A DNA stretch of 64,000 nt. Origin: Chiloscyllium plagiosum. Taxonomy: Eukaryota. Positions 1 through 13,192 of the stretch are shown here, piece after piece. The number at the start of each line of letters is the position of its first letter. Positions within the stretch are counted from its first letter, which is position 1. Under the pieces are notes generated by a model, which worked only from the letters and a program-made list of their open reading frames with translations, was not told the origin of the DNA and did no database searches. The stretch is taken from positions 69,649,213 to 69,713,212 of the forward strand of contig NC_057718.1 of the NCBI RefSeq assembly GCF_004010195.1. Direction: 5' to 3'. Position numbers and translations under genes: made by a program.

Positions 1-43
1 TGCTGCCTGACCTGCTGCGCTTTTCCAGCAACACATTTTCAGC
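1..43. mobile_element. End of a Penelope-like terminal repeat (family A), cut by the window edge
   Basis: tgctgcctgacctgctgcgcttttccagcaacacattttcagct matches the arm of the copy at 53085-53308. Confidence 0.7.
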
Positions 44-1010
44 TACTATTTTTCATTATTTATATAAATGATTGGATGTGAGCATAAGAGGTGCAGTTAG
101 TAAGTTTGCAGATGACACCAAAGTTGGAGGTGTACTGGACTGCGAAGAAGGTTACCTCAGAACACAGAGGGATCTTGATCAGATGGGCCAATGGGCTGAG
201 TGTCAGCTAGTGTTTAATTCAGATAAATGCTAGGTGCTACGTTTTGGAAAAGCAAATCAGAACAGGATTTATAAACTTAATGGTAAGGTCCTCGGGAGTG
301 TTGCTGAGCATAGAGACCTTGAATGCAGGTTCATAGTTCCTTGAAAATAGAGTCGCAAGTAGATAGTATAGTGAAGAAGGCATTTGTTATGCTTTCCTTT
401 ATTGGTCACAGCATTGAGTACAGGGGTTGGGAGGTCACGTTGTGGCTGTACAGGACATTGGTCAGGCCACTGTTGGAATATTGCATGCAATTCTGGTCTC
501 CTTCCTATTGGAAAGATGTTGTGAAACTTGAAAGGGTTCAGAAAAGATTTACAAGGATATTGTCAGGGTTGGAGGATTTGAGCTATAGGGAGAGGCTGAA
601 CAGGCTGGAGCTATTTTCCCTGGAGTGTGGGAAGCTGAGGGGTGACCTTATAGAGGTTTATAAAATTATGAGGGGCATGGAAAGGACAAATAGACCAAGT
701 CCTTTCTCTAGGGTGGGGATTCCAGAACTAGAAGGCATAGGTTTAGGTTGAGAGGGGAAAGCTATAAAAGGGACCTAAGGGGCAACATTTTCACATATCA
801 GGTGCCACATGTATGGAATGAGGTGCCAGAGGAAGTGGTGGAGGTTGGTACAACTGCAGCACTTAAAAGGCATCTGGATGGGTATATGAATAGGAAGGGT
901 TTGGAGGGATAGTGCTGGCAAATGGGACTCGATTCGATTAGGATATCTGGTCAACATGACAATTTGGACCGAAGGATCTGTTTCAGTGGTATACATCTCT
1001 ATGATTCTAC
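44..1010 (+). mobile_element. CR1-clade LINE (HER1-like), 3' part of ORF2 and 3' UTR
   Basis: KFADDTK RT motif; YRTLVRPLLEYCMQFWSP and LRGDLIEVYK C-terminal motifs; 3' tail ...catctctatga. Confidence 0.9.
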
Positions 1011-1935
1011 TCTTTGCTTCTACTGCCTATATTCAGATAGAATAGCTATAGCTTTCTCGCACTTGCTAATGAATTTGGTAGTTGTCTTTCTGATGTTTTC
1101 TCTCTTTTACAAATGCTGTTCATGTTCAGGGGATTTTATCACAATCTTGATACTATACAGCCCTATTTACAGAGGTAGTGCAATCTTCCTGATTTTTTTT
1201 AAAAATTGCCCTTGTTTTAGTTGTTGTTTGCAGTTTGAGGCTTCTTATCTTCCCCAAAAACCAAGGCCTCTTTCTGCATGTAGCGAATTAATCTTTTGGA
1301 GTCCCAGAATAAATACAACATTTGCACAGCTTTGTTCATTTTTGAGACCTATTCCTGTGGATTTCAAGCTCATGTTGTATTTTGTGTTACTGGTAATGAA
1401 CACAGATTTAGGAGTATGGATTTAGTTTACTTGAAAAACTTAATAGGTTTACTCAATTGTACAGTCTGCAAACAGCTCTTCTCAATAGCTAGATGTATGC
1501 AACTTGATTTCAGCAGGCTTGTGCTTGAACTGTCCATACAACCAGTCATATGATTAAACCTTGGTCCTTGGTTTATTCATATATCCCATTCTTAAAACAA
1601 CACAGCTGTTAAAACATAAAATACGCTAACTGACAGAAGTACATGTATTATCTAACGCTGCCCAATTGATGGAATGCACAACAAATAGTTCGTCACAGGA
1701 TTGAAATTCCTTTGTGGTCAGCAAACCTTTTAGATTTTCATTAACTTTATTCTCTCCCTTCAACTTATTTTAATGTCATTTCAAATTATCATGTGGTAAT
1801 TCTTACAGTAATATTTGGAGCCACATCCAAAGCATCAATAAACCTTGCCTTGGATATTTTTGTGACAACCATTCACCATTATTACTGGCCAATTTTGTCT
1901 TCCACTGATACAATTGGATTTATTATATGCACTTA

Positions 1936-3312
1936 CATAAGTCATAGAGATGTACAGCATGGAAACAGGCCCTTTGGTCCAACCTGTCTATGCCGACCAG
2001 ATATCCCAACCCAACCTAGTCCCACCTGCTAGCACCCGGCCCATATCCATCCAAACCCTTCCTATTCATATACCCATCCAAATGTCTCTTAAACATTGCA
2101 ATTGTACCAGCCTCCACCACATCCTCTAGCAGCTCATTCCATACATATACCACCCTCTGTGTGAAAAAGTTGCCCCTTAGGTCTTTTTTATATCTTTCCC
2201 CTCTCACCTTAAACCTATGCCCTCTAGTTCTGGACTCCCCGACCCGAGGGAAAAGACTTTGTCTATTTATCCTATCCATGCCACTCATGATTTTATAAAC
2301 CTCTATAAAGTCACCCCACAGCCTCCAATGTTCCAGGGAAAACAGCCCCAGCCTATTCAGCCTCTCCCTGTAGCTCAAATCCTCCAACCCTGGCAACATC
2401 CTTATAACTCTTTTCTGAACCCTTTCAAGTTTCACAACATCTTTCCAATAGGAAGGACACCTAACCAATGTCCTGTACAGCCATAACATGACCTCCCAAC
2501 ACTGTATTCAATACTTTGACCAATAAAGGAAAGTCTACCAAACACCTTCTTCACTATCCTATCTACCTGTGACTCCACTTTCAAGGAGCTGTGTGCACTC
2601 CAAGGTCTCTTTATTTAGCGACACTCCCTAGGACCTTACCATTAAGTGTATAAGTCCTGCTAAGATTTGCTTTCCCAAAATGCAACACCTCACATTTATC
2701 TTAATTAAACTCCATCTGCCACTTCTCAGCCCATTGGACCATCTGGTCAAGATCCTGTTGTAATCTGAGGTAACCCTCTTCGCTGTCTACTACACCTCCA
2801 ATTTTGGTGTCATCTGCAAACTTACTAACTGTACTTCTTATGCTCACATCCAAATCATTTATGTAAATGACAAAAAGTAGAGGACCCAGCACCGATCCTT
2901 GTGGCACTCTACCGGTCACAGGCCTCCAGTCTGAAAAACAACCTGCCACCACCACCCTCCGTCTTCTACCTTTGAGCCAGTTCTGTATCCAAATGGCGAG
3001 TTCTCCCTGTATTCCGAGATATCTAACCTTGCTAACCAGTCTACCATGGGGAACCTTGTTGAATGCCTTATTGAAGTCCATACAGATCACATCTATCACT
3101 CTGCCCTCATCAATCCTCCTTGTTACTTCTTCAAAAAACTCAATCAAGTTTGTGACACAAAATTTCCCACGCACAAAGCCATGTTGACTATCCCTAATCA
3201 GTCCTTGCCTTTCCAAATACATGTACATCCTGTCCCTCAGGATTCCCTCCAATAACTTGCCCACCACCGACATCAGGCTCACTGGTCTATAGTTCCCTGG
3301 CTTGTCTTTACC
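1936..3312 (-). mobile_element. CR1-clade LINE, 5'-truncated (RT and 3' end)
   Basis: ORFs 2701-3282 (SQHGF, DFNKAFNKVPH, GRVPQGSVLGP, FADDTK) and 2016-2489. Confidence 0.9.
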
Positions 3313-3734
3313 ACAACTTTTCTATTTTTAATCTTTTCAGTATATTAATACTACTATCTAGTATTTGAAGAATTTTATACCCCCTCAAACACTGAATTTG
3401 GAGTATCCTCTATCCTTTGAAGTACTGCATAGACTTTTGGTCCCCTTCCTTGAGAAAGCATGTAATTGCACTGCAATCAGTTCAGAGAAAGCTCACTAGA
3501 TTAATTCCAGGGATGATACAAAGATAGGTGCAGGGATAGGTAGTGTCGAGAAAATAGGGAGGCTGAAGGAGGACTTGGACAGGCTAGAAGAGTGGGTAAA
3601 GAAATGGCAGATGAATACAACATGGGCAAGTGTGAGCTTATGTGCTCTGGTAGGCGTAGACTGTAACCTTAAGAGAATCCTGAACTAGGACTCTCAAATC
3701 CCTTTGTGCTTCAGATTTATGAAGCCTCTTTTTT

Positions 3735-4690
3735 TATTCATTTGTGGGACTTTGGCATTGCTGACTGGCCAGCATTGATAGCCCATCCCTATTTGCCCCT
3801 GAGAAGGTGGTGGTGAGATGCCTTCTTGAATTGTTGCAGTTCATTTCCTGTGGGTTGGCTCAAAATGCCAGTAGGGAGGGAATTCCAGGAAGTTGACTCC
3901 ACAACTATGAAGGAATGGCAGTATATTTCCAAGTCAGGGTGGTGAGTGGCTTGGAGGGGAACTTGCAGGTAGTGGTGTTCTCCTTCTAGATGGAAGCGGC
4001 CATGGGCTTGGAAGGTGCTGTCTGAGGATCTTTGGTGAATTTCTGCAGTGCATCTTGTCGATAGTACACACTGCTGCTACTGAGTGCTGGTGGTGGAGGG
4101 ATTGAATGTTTGTAGACGTGATGCCAATCAAGTGGGTTACTTTGTACTAGATGGTGTCAAGCTTCTTAGTTTCTGTTGGGACTTCACCCACCCAGGCAAG
4201 TGAGTAGTATTCCATCACACTCCTGACTTGTGCCTTGTAGATGGTAGATCACCACATAAACACTTTGAGGTGTTTATGTGGTGAGTTCAGCTGAGTTTCT
4301 GGCCAATGGTAACCCCAGGGATGTTGACAGTGGGGGATTTAGTGATACTGTTGAATGTCAAGGAGCAATGGTTAAAGTGTCTCTTATTGATGATGGTCAC
4401 TGTCTGGCATTTGTGTGGCGTGAATGTTATTTGCCATTTGTTGGCCCAAGCCTGGATATTGTCCAGAGCTTGTTGCATGTGAACATGGACTGCTTCAGTA
4501 TCTGTTGCAATCATCGGTGAACATCCCCACTTCTGACCTTATGGCAGACGCAAGGTCATTGTTGAAACAGCTGAAGATTGTTGGGCCTAGGATGCTACCA
4601 CGAGGGACTCCTGCAGAGATGTCCTGGAGCTGAGATGACGGACCCTCCACAACCACAACCATCTTCATTTGTGCCAGATATGACTCTAAC
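3735..4690 (-). mobile_element. Second non-LTR retrotransposon family (CR1/L2 group), 3' fragment
   Basis: Minus ORF QQALDNIQAWANKWQITFTPHKCQ (RT thumb region). Its terminal sequence ggccagcatt(t/g)a..gcccatccct recurs at ~5570-5630, ~34280 and ~53850. Confidence 0.7.
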
Positions 4691-4699
4691 CCCTTCAGA

Positions 4700-6680
4700 A
4701 AATAGCACTTGTGTCAGTACCATCCTTTGCATGGAGCCAGAGGAAACAGGTGAGTATTTCTCATCCTTATTCAGAGGAGAAAGCTATTGGGTTTAGGTTG
4801 AGATAGTGAGGTTCTAGAACATGTCAGGATTAATAAGGTGAAGGAATTAAAAGCTTTAGATGCAAAAATGTGCATATATCCCCAGGCTTGATGAAATGTA
4901 TCCCAAACAATTATCGGAGGCAAGGGAGGAGATTACTGAGAACTTGGCAGACATATTTAATACTTCACTGGCCACAGGTGAAGTGCCAGGTAACTGGAAG
5001 ATCACTAATGTGGTTTCCCTCTTTTCTCCAAGAAGGGCAGTGGGATAGACCAGGTGATTACAGACCTGTTAGGTTGGCATAAGTAGTAGGGAAATCATTG
5101 GAAAAATTTTGAGGGACACGATTCACCAAATGCAGGAATTAATCAGGGGTAGTCAGTATGGAGATGCTGTCTAATTTAATGGAGTGTTTTGCAAAAAAAA
5201 AGTGACGATATATAGTGATGAGAGTAGTGTTGTTAGAACATAGAACATTATAGCACAGTAGAGGCCCTTCAGCCCTCAATGTTGCACCACATGTGAAATT
5301 AATCTGATGCCCACCTAACCTACACCATTCCATTATTATCCATATGTATGCCCAAAGCTCATTTAAATGCCCTAAACATCGGTGTGTCTACTACTATTGC
5401 AGGCAGGCCATTCCATGCGCCTACTACTCTCTGAGCAGAGAAGCTACCCCTGATAGCTGTCCTAAACCTATCACCCCTCAATTTAAAGCTATGCCCCCTT
5501 GGGTTAGTCTTCACCATTTGAGGAAAAGGTTAACATGGTTTACATTTTTTTGTAAACTCACTGGGAGGACGTGGCCATTGCTGGCTGGCCAGCATTTATT
5601 GCCCATCCCTACTTGCCCTTGAAAATGTTGTGAATGAGACCTCATTCCTGATGAAGGGATTACGCCTGAAACATTGATTCTCCTGCTCCTTGGATGCTGC
5701 CTGACCTGCTGCGCTTTTCAACAAAGAGTAATAGTCAAGTGTGGTTTCTGTAATTGGAAGTTGTGACCATAGGGATTGGTGATGGGACTCTTGCCATTTG
5801 TTACGTATGTTAACAACTTGGATGTGAATGTAGAAGATATAATTAGTAAGTTTGCAGACAACATGAAAATTGGTGGCATGGTTGACAGTGAGGAGGATGG
5901 TCTCAGCTATAGTCTGATATTAATCAGCTGGTGAATTGGGCAGAGCAATGGTGGATGGAATTTCATCCAGATAAGTGTGAGGTTATGCATTTTGGCCTTG
6001 TAAAGGAAGGGCATAACACTGCATGGCTAGTCCACGGGGGGGGCACTGAGGAACAAAAGGATGTTGGTGTACAAGTCCACATCATTACAGATACACAGGT
6101 TAGTGAAGGCAGCATTTGTTGAAGTGTAGAATGCAGCAGTAAGGAAGACTTATTCCAAATTTATTAAATGTTGATCAGATCATTGATGGAATATTATGTG
6201 CAGTTGTGGGTGCTACATGATCAGAATGATGTGATGGCACTGGACAGAGTGCAAAGGAGACTCACCAGGGATGTTGCCTGGGATGAAAAGTCTCAATTAT
6301 GATGAGGTGCTGGGTAGGCTGGGTTAGTTTTCCTTTTTTCCCTTGGATCAGAGGAGGCGGGGATCTGCTTTGAGGTATACAAAATTGAGTGGTATGGATA
6401 GGGTAGGTCATGAGCGTCTTTCCCATGGCAGGCATGCCTAAGATCAAAGGGTATAGATTGAAGGTGAGAAGTGACAGATTTAGAATGGATTGAAGGAAAA
6501 ATATTTTCACTCAGAGAATGGTAAACATGCTGCCTGAGAGGGTGATAGAAGCAGGTACTTGCAATATTTAGGAAGCATCTGGATGAGCTCTTATAATGCT
6601 AAGGCATTCAGGGGTTACAGGCCAAACGTAGGAAAATAGACTTAATCGAGTTTGATATTTGCACTAGGCCCGGAAACAAG
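4700..6680 (+). mobile_element. Degenerate CR1 LINE ORF2 with nested insertions (CR1 3' end on - at ~5235-5530; PLE end at ~5641-5720)
   Basis: PRLDEMYPKQL/SLATGEVPGNWK and WAEQWWMEFHPDKCEVMHFG fragments with many stops and frameshifts. Confidence 0.75.
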
Positions 6681-7435
6681 CCCTTTAGCCCAGTGTATTT
6701 AAGGTATATGACTACTTAATATATGCCTCCTTCATCATTGATCACTCCGAAGACAGTTTCTTCCTGTCTTAAGTCCCTCATAATTTTAAACATCTCACTC
6801 TCCTTTGTCCTATGGAAGATAACCCCAGTCTGTCCATTCTTTCGATATAACAGAAACTCTCAGCCTGAGCAACATCCTGATGAATCTCCTCTGTACCAGC
6901 CAGAAGCAAAGTCTCACAGGCCAGCACCTGGACTTAAGACTGATGGAAGCTGTAAGTTCCTGGGCAAGGGCAGCCCCTCACTTTATCAATATTCAATCTG
7001 AATTCAATATTAGAGTCTGTGAGGGAGAAGTGTCCTTTTCTCAGAATGTGGAGGAAGAGAAGGCCACCAACAGAAACCAAAAACACCAGATTTCAGATTA
7101 CTGCCACCCTCACTGGCAAAGCAAGACAAGAGGAGCTTGGATAGACTACTGTATAAGTTTCAACAACTCTCAGGATGAATGTGAACCCAAAACTTATGAA
7201 ATGTCTCCAGTCTTACACCATGAAAAAGCTGCATCATATGTGAGGCCTCAAGATGCATGCTATTCCTGAACAGAGGAGGGATGTACACCCAAGCCTCTTA
7301 TTGACATCTCAGAATGGCTCAGAGCTATAATACTGAGGACCTATAACTACTGAAACAAGCAGATTCTAATGCATGGGGTAGATAGCAGAGGATACAGAGG
7401 ACAGAAGCATCTTATCTAACATTTGTCCTCCCAAG

Positions 7436-8020
7436 GGTCACATTTTTTTTTTCAAGAGGGTAATAAACCAGGCTGGGCTCCGATCAGTCTGGTTTGGTAC
7501 AGAGATGAAAAAGATTTTGAGACCTTTTGTTTATATGTAAACAGATAAGGCGTCAGGCCAAAGTGGTCATGTTTTAGAAGTGACCTGCATAATGAAAGGG
7601 GAGTGGTCAGCTCTCGAGCTGAGCAGTTTAGTTCAGTCTTGAACTGGTAGGGAGTTCAACAGCGAGCTGTGTGGAAACTCTCTCTCTCTTTCTGCCCTTC
7701 AACTTCAACCTGTAAGCATGTGTTCCATTTATACTGGTTGTTAAAGGGAATTTGCTTATTGGGATTATTGTGCATATTCAGAACAACATATTTAAACCTA
7801 GTTTGGATAGACTGAGTTCTGTCATAGTTCTTTACTCTGTTCTTTGTGTTTCATTATGTAATTTTGTGAATAAATTTTTGTTTGTTTTAAAATCTAGTAG
7901 TCAGCCTAGTTAACTTACTCTGGGTAATTGTCACTGTACACTTACCAAAACAAATTACAAAGTTATGGTCTGGGCTGCCTGCTTAAGAACGTTTTGAGTG
8001 GTCTGGCCGAGTACATAACA
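7436..8020 (+). mobile_element. Solo LTR (probably Gypsy-type) with 4-bp TSD caag
   Basis: Ends ...ggtctggccgagtacataaca, has an internal aataaa, and is flanked by caag (7432-7435 and 8021-8024). The 3' end resembles those of 11331-13567 and 14377-14971. Confidence 0.6.
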
Positions 8021-10789
8021 CAAGAGAAGGAGGCATTCAATAACAGGACAAGGCCTACACAGTAGGGCAGATGCTGTTGTTCTGCTATGTCATTCTAATG
8101 AAGTAGGCAGAAAAAAAAGAGGGGAGAGATGGTGGAATTGATGGCGGTCCTGCCTGCTAAGTCAGACGTTCTTGATGAACCTACTGAACACAATAAATAG
8201 CATGGTCAGGAGTGAGTATACTGCACTTATCCCTGCCTGACAGTCTGTCGAACACTATGGCCTCAGCATTTCAGTGGTTCTTATCTATAGTGTCTAGCTA
8301 TCAACATCCTGTGAGTTTACATCCAACCCAGGGCACCCTGTCCTCTCCCACTATGGACCCAGAGGACCAAAGTGGTGAAGAAGCATTGCCATACATTCCA
8401 CCAGCTCAGTACGTCTGCATGCACATCTCGATATGATGACAGAGGATAATGATTAGGGCAGTAACGCACAGGAGTCGTAAGAGGGAGAAATGATCAGACC
8501 TCTCATTAGAAGGGAGAAAAAACTTTGTTCTCCTCAGCTGAGTATGATTGTATGATAAGGAGACACCAGCATGAACAGCAAAAAAAACATGTTATAGTTA
8601 TTTCGGACAGAAGGTGGAGGAGTTCAATTAGCTCGTGCGTCACAATGGCTCAGATTTGAGTGAACAAGCTTCTACATTGCAACAGTGGTCCATCTCATGA
8701 ATAACCATAAGTTGCAGCATGGAGAGGATGCAGGAATTGTAGACTGACATACACAGCATCCAAAAAGGTACCAAGTAGTTGACAGCAGTCAGTGGCACTG
8801 GTAATGCCGCTAGGAGACCAGTATCTTCCTCTAATCATTTGAAGTGTCCAGCAAGGGCAGAAGCAGTCACTGAGGAAGAGGAGAGTGAAATCCCTCACTT
8901 TTTTTTTCCAGACTTCTTCTTGCATTATATAAGTCTATCAGACATAAGAGCAGAAATTAGGCCATTCAGCCCATTGAATGGCAGAGCAGACTTGATCATG
9001 GCTGATAAGCTTCTCAATCCCATTCTTCTGCTTTCTCCCCACAACCCTTGCTCCCCTTCACAATCAGGAACCTATCTATCTCAATCTTAAATATACTCAA
9101 TGACCTGGACTTCAGAGCTTTCTGTGGCAGTGAATTCCATAGATTCACCACTCTCTGGCTACAGACGTTTCTCCTTATCTCCATTCAAAAGGTCTTCCCT
9201 TTACTCTAAGACTATGCCCTCGAGAGTCCCAGTCTCTCCCACCAATGGAAATATTTTCCCAACATCCACTCTGCCCAAGCCATTCAGTATTCTGTAAGTT
9301 TCTAATACGTCCCCCCTCATCATTCTAAATACTATCGAGTAGACACCCAGAGTCCTCAAACACGCTTCATGTGTTAAACTGTTCATTCCTAGGCCCATTC
9401 TCGTGAATCTCCTCTGTACACACTCCAGGGCCAGTACATCTTTCCTGAGATATGGAGCCCAAAACTGCATACAATACTCCAAATGTGGTCTGACCAGAAC
9501 CTTACAGAGCTTCAGAAGTACTTATATTCAAGTCTTCTTAAAATAAATACCATCATTACATTTGCCTTCCTAACTAGTGACTCAACCTGCAAGTTTACCT
9601 TAAGAGAATTCTGGACTGGAATTCCTAAGTCTCTTTGTACTTCAGAATTTTCTCCCCATTTTGAGAATATTCCATGCCCTTAATCTTCCTACTAAAGTGC
9701 ATGACCTTACACTTTCCCATCATACTCCATCTGCCACTTCTTTACCCACTCTAACCCATCCAAATCCTTCTGCAGCCTCCCTGCCTCCTCAATGCTACCT
9801 GTCCCTCTACCTATCTTTGTATTGTCTGCACACCTAGCCAGAACGTGCTCAGTTCCTTCATGTAGATAGTTAATGTGAAAACATGGAGCCTTGTGGAACA
9901 CCACTTGTCACCGGTTGCCATCTTGAGAAAGACCCTTTTATCCCCACTCTCTGCTTTCTGTCAGACAGTGAAGCTTCTATCCATGCTAGCACCTTGGCTC
10001 TAACATCATGGGCCCTTATCTTACTCAGTAGCATCCTGTGTGGCACCTTGTCAAAGGCCTTTTTGATAACATCTATTGGTTCTCCTTGGTCTAATCTGCT
10101 CATTACTTCCTCAAAGAATTCTAGCGGATTTTTCAGGTATGACCTACCATTGATGAAACCATACTGACAGTTCCTATTTTACCATACACGTCTAAGTATT
10201 CAGAAACCTCATCCTCCTTCACGATGGATTCCAGGATTTTACCCACAATCGAGATTAGGCTAATTAATCTGTAATTTTCCATCTTCTACTTTACTCCTTT
10301 TTTAAACAGGGATGTCATGTTAGTGATTTTCCAGTCCTCTGGGACCCTCCCCGATTCTAGGTGATTCCTGAAAGATTACCACTACAGCCTCCACTATCTC
10401 TTCCGCTATCTCCCTTAGAACTCTGGGGTGTAGCCCAGCTGGTCCAGGCAATTTATCTACCTTCAGACCATTCAGTTTTTCTCGCACCTTCGCCTTGGTG
10501 ATGGCCACCATTCTCAGCTCTGCCCCCTCACTCTCTTGAATTTTTGGGGTATTATTTGTGTCTTCCACTGTGAAGACTGACACGAAGTCATTATTCAGTT
10601 ACTCAGCCATTTCTTCGTTCACCACTACTATCTCTCCTGTGTCATTTTCCAGTGGCCCAATGTCCATTTTTGCCCTTTATATAGCTAAAGAAACACTTAG
10701 ACTTCCTTTATATTACTGGCTAGTTTACCTTCATATTTAATCTTCTCCCTCCTTATTTATTTCTGTTGGCCTTTGTAAGTTTCTCAATC

Positions 10790-11007
10790 GAGGAGAAAGT
10801 GAGGTCTGCAGATGCTGGAGATCAAAGTTGAAACTTTATTGCTGGAACAGCACAGCAGGTCAGGCAGCATCCAGGGAACAGGAGATTCGACGTTTCGGGC
10901 ACAGGCCCTTCTTCAGGAAGAAGAAGGGCCTGTGCCCGAAACGTCGAATCTCCTGTTCCCTGGATGCTGCCTGACCTGCTGTGCTGTTCCAGCAATAAAG
11001 TTTCAAC
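10790..11007. mobile_element. Penelope-like fold-back mini-element (family A) with a perfect 89-bp inverted repeat and 14-bp TSD
   Basis: Arms 10826-10914 and 10920-11008 are exact reverse complements (spacer aggaa). Flanked by taagtttctcaatc at 10776-10789 and 11008-11021. Confidence 0.85.
10880..10920 (-). ncRNA. Minimal type I hammerhead-ribozyme-like motif (PLE-associated)
   Basis: Minus strand reads ttc-CTGAAGA-a-gggc-ctgt-gccc-GAAA-cg-TC-gaa: CUGANGA and GAAA cores, 4-bp stem II, vestigial stem III (palindromic ACGT), short stem I. Activity not shown. Confidence 0.6.
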
Positions 11008-11509
11008 TAAGTTTCTCAATCCTCTGGTTTCCCACTGTTCTTTGCTACTTTACATGCTTTCTCTTTTGTTTTTATACTATCCCTGACTTCCATGGTTAGC
11101 CATGGTTGCCTCACCCTCCCTGTACCATGCTTCGTTTACCTCAGGATGAATCTCTGCTGTGTCTCTTGAATTAGTCCCAGAAACTCCTGCCATTACTTTT
11201 CCAGCATCTTTCCTGCTAGGCTCCTCTCCCAGTCAATTCTACCCAGCTCCTCCCTCATGCCTCTGTAGTTGCCTTTATTCATCTGAAATACAGTTACCTC
11301 TGATTCTATCTTCTCTCTCTCTCAAATAACTAACAACACTTTAAAGAAAACTCTTTATTGCTGCTGTAGCTTTAAAAGATTATTTTGTCCTTTTTTTTGA
11401 AGACAGGTTTAAGGTAGAGATGCTACCAGAACCACTGGAGTGAACAGCTTGACGTCTTGTATTTTTAAAAAAATATGCTGGAACAATGGAGGCAGCCTGG
11501 ACAGGTTTG

Positions 11510-12401
11510 ATGTGGGGTAGACAAGGTCAGAAGTCACATGACACCAGGTTTATTTGGAATCACAAGCTTTCAGAATGCTGTCCCTTCATCAAAATTTATA
11601 GGCAGAGAGATCAAAAGATCATATAAATGGTGGGAGTGGAGTTCCAACAGGCTGAATACTAAGTCTCTGCAGGTGAGCAAAAATGTCAGTGTAAGTAAAG
11701 TGCCAACAGCTGAATAGCAACTGAAGGGATGACCTATAATCCGAGTAATTGAGGCAGACAGATAATTACAAAATAATTAAAAATAAGATGGCACTGGAGA
11801 CAAACCAAATGGCTGGAACTGAGGGTCCAACCAAAGTAACACATAATCTCAAAACTGTACAAACTAACTAAGGTAGAGATATCATAACAAGTTATCAAGG
11901 TGATGGTGTCAAAACAGAACAGTAAGGAAGATTTTCCAGATACAGAACAGTATGGTGGGGTTATATCTAGTGAGACATGATCCCAAGATCACGGTTGAGG
12001 CCATCTTCTTGGGTGCGGGACCTGGCTATCAGTTCATACTCGGTGATTCTGTGTTGTTGTGTATCTCAAAGGTCGCCTTGGCGGATGTTTACCCAAAGAT
12101 CGGAGGTTGAATGTCCCTGACTGCTGAAGTGATGCCCGACTCCTGGAGAACAGGATACAATGTTATTCACTTGCTATTCAGCCATTGACACTTTAATCAC
12201 ACTTTTGATCACCTGCAGAGATTTATTATTCACCCTGTTGATACTTCACTCACACCATTTGTACAATATTTGATCTCTCTGCCTATAAAATCTGTGTCTG
12301 TATCTTTCTCTTTACTTCACTTGAAAAAGGCGCAGCAGTCTGAGAGCTTGTGATTTCAAATAAACCTGTTTGACTATAACCTAGTGTCATGTGATTTCTG
12401 A
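11510..12401 (-). mobile_element. Penelope-like element remnant (family B) with GIY-YIG endonuclease C-terminus and inverted termini
   Basis: Minus strand ~11968-12142 translates VGHHFSSQGHSTSDLWVNIRQGDL*DTQQHRITEYELIARSRTQEDGLNRDLGIMSH, typical of the PLE endonuclease C-terminus (HF...H...E..LI...GLN). Termini are inverted (ggtcagaagtcacatgacacca / tagtgtcatgtgatttctgacc). Degenerate TSD cctggacaggtttg / cctggataggtgtg. Confidence 0.8.
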
Positions 12402-12499
12402 CCTGGATAGGTGTGGCTAGCACTCTCAGACCAGGATTTCTAGTTTTTTTTCCCAGTTTTTAGGTTTAGCTTTAAGCAGTTCCTGTTGTGGACTTGAAG

Positions 12500-13192
12500 T
12501 AGAGTCATAGTTATAGAGTTATACAGCACGGAAACAGACCCTTCAGTCCAATTTGTCTATGCTGACCAGAAAACCCAACCCAATCTAGTCCCACCTGCCA
12601 GCACGTGGCCCATACCCTTCCAAACCCTTCCTATTCATATATCCATCCAAATGCCTTTTAAATGTTGCAATTTTACTAGCCTCCACCACTTCCTCTGGCA
12701 GCTCATTCCATACACCTCGGAATGAAAATGTTGCTTCATAGGTCTCTTTTATATCTTTCCTCTCTCACCCTAAAACTATGCCCTCTAGTTCTGGACTCCC
12801 CGACCCCAGGGAAAAGACTCTTTATCTTATCTATGCCCCTCATGACTTTATAAACCTCTATTAGGTCACCCCTCAGCCTCCGACGCTCCAGGGAAAACAG
12901 CCCCAGCCTGTTTGGCCTCTCCCTAAAGCTCAAATCCACCAACCCTGGCAACATCCTTGTAAATCTTTTCTGAACCCTTTCAAGTTTCATAACATCTTTC
13001 CAATAGGAAGGAGACCAGAATTGCATGCAATATTCTAATAGTAACCTGACCAATGCGCAACCAATGTTGGCCAGAACATGACCTCCCAACTCCTGGTACT
13101 CAATACTCTGACCAATAAAGGAAAGCATACCAAATGCCTTCTTCACTATCCTATCTACCTGCACTTCCACTCTCAAGGAGCTATGAACCTGC
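12500..13192 (-). mobile_element. CR1 (HER1-like) LINE 3' fragment
   Basis: ORF 12736-13176 with LLEYCMQFWSP and LRGDLIEVYK; 3' UTR tail. Confidence 0.9.

Larger units (their letters stand above)
8935..11330 (-). mobile_element. CR1-clade LINE ORF2 (decayed), interrupted by a PLE fold-back insertion
   Basis: Minus ORFs KAFDKVPH...SGVPQGS, LKVDKLPGPAGLHPRVL and EYCMQFWAPYLRKD. Confidence 0.85.

Noticed and set aside
922..1425. 167-aa hydrophobic ORF
   Set aside because: Starts inside a CR1 3' UTR and runs into T-rich intronic sequence; no recognisable domain.
1806..1905. Possible next FNDC1-like exon on the minus strand (ag...gtaaga, one frame contains GEW)
   Set aside because: The phase-1 frame required by the preceding exon hits TAA; no convincing similarity.
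6880..7269. 129-aa ORF, and adjacent sequence at 8040-8930 possibly from a Harbinger Myb/SANT gene
   Set aside because: No motif could be identified with confidence; left unannotated.
10812..11099. Near-identical ORFs on both strands (VETLLLEQHSRSGSIQG...)
   Set aside because: Artefact of the perfect inverted repeat; not protein-coding.
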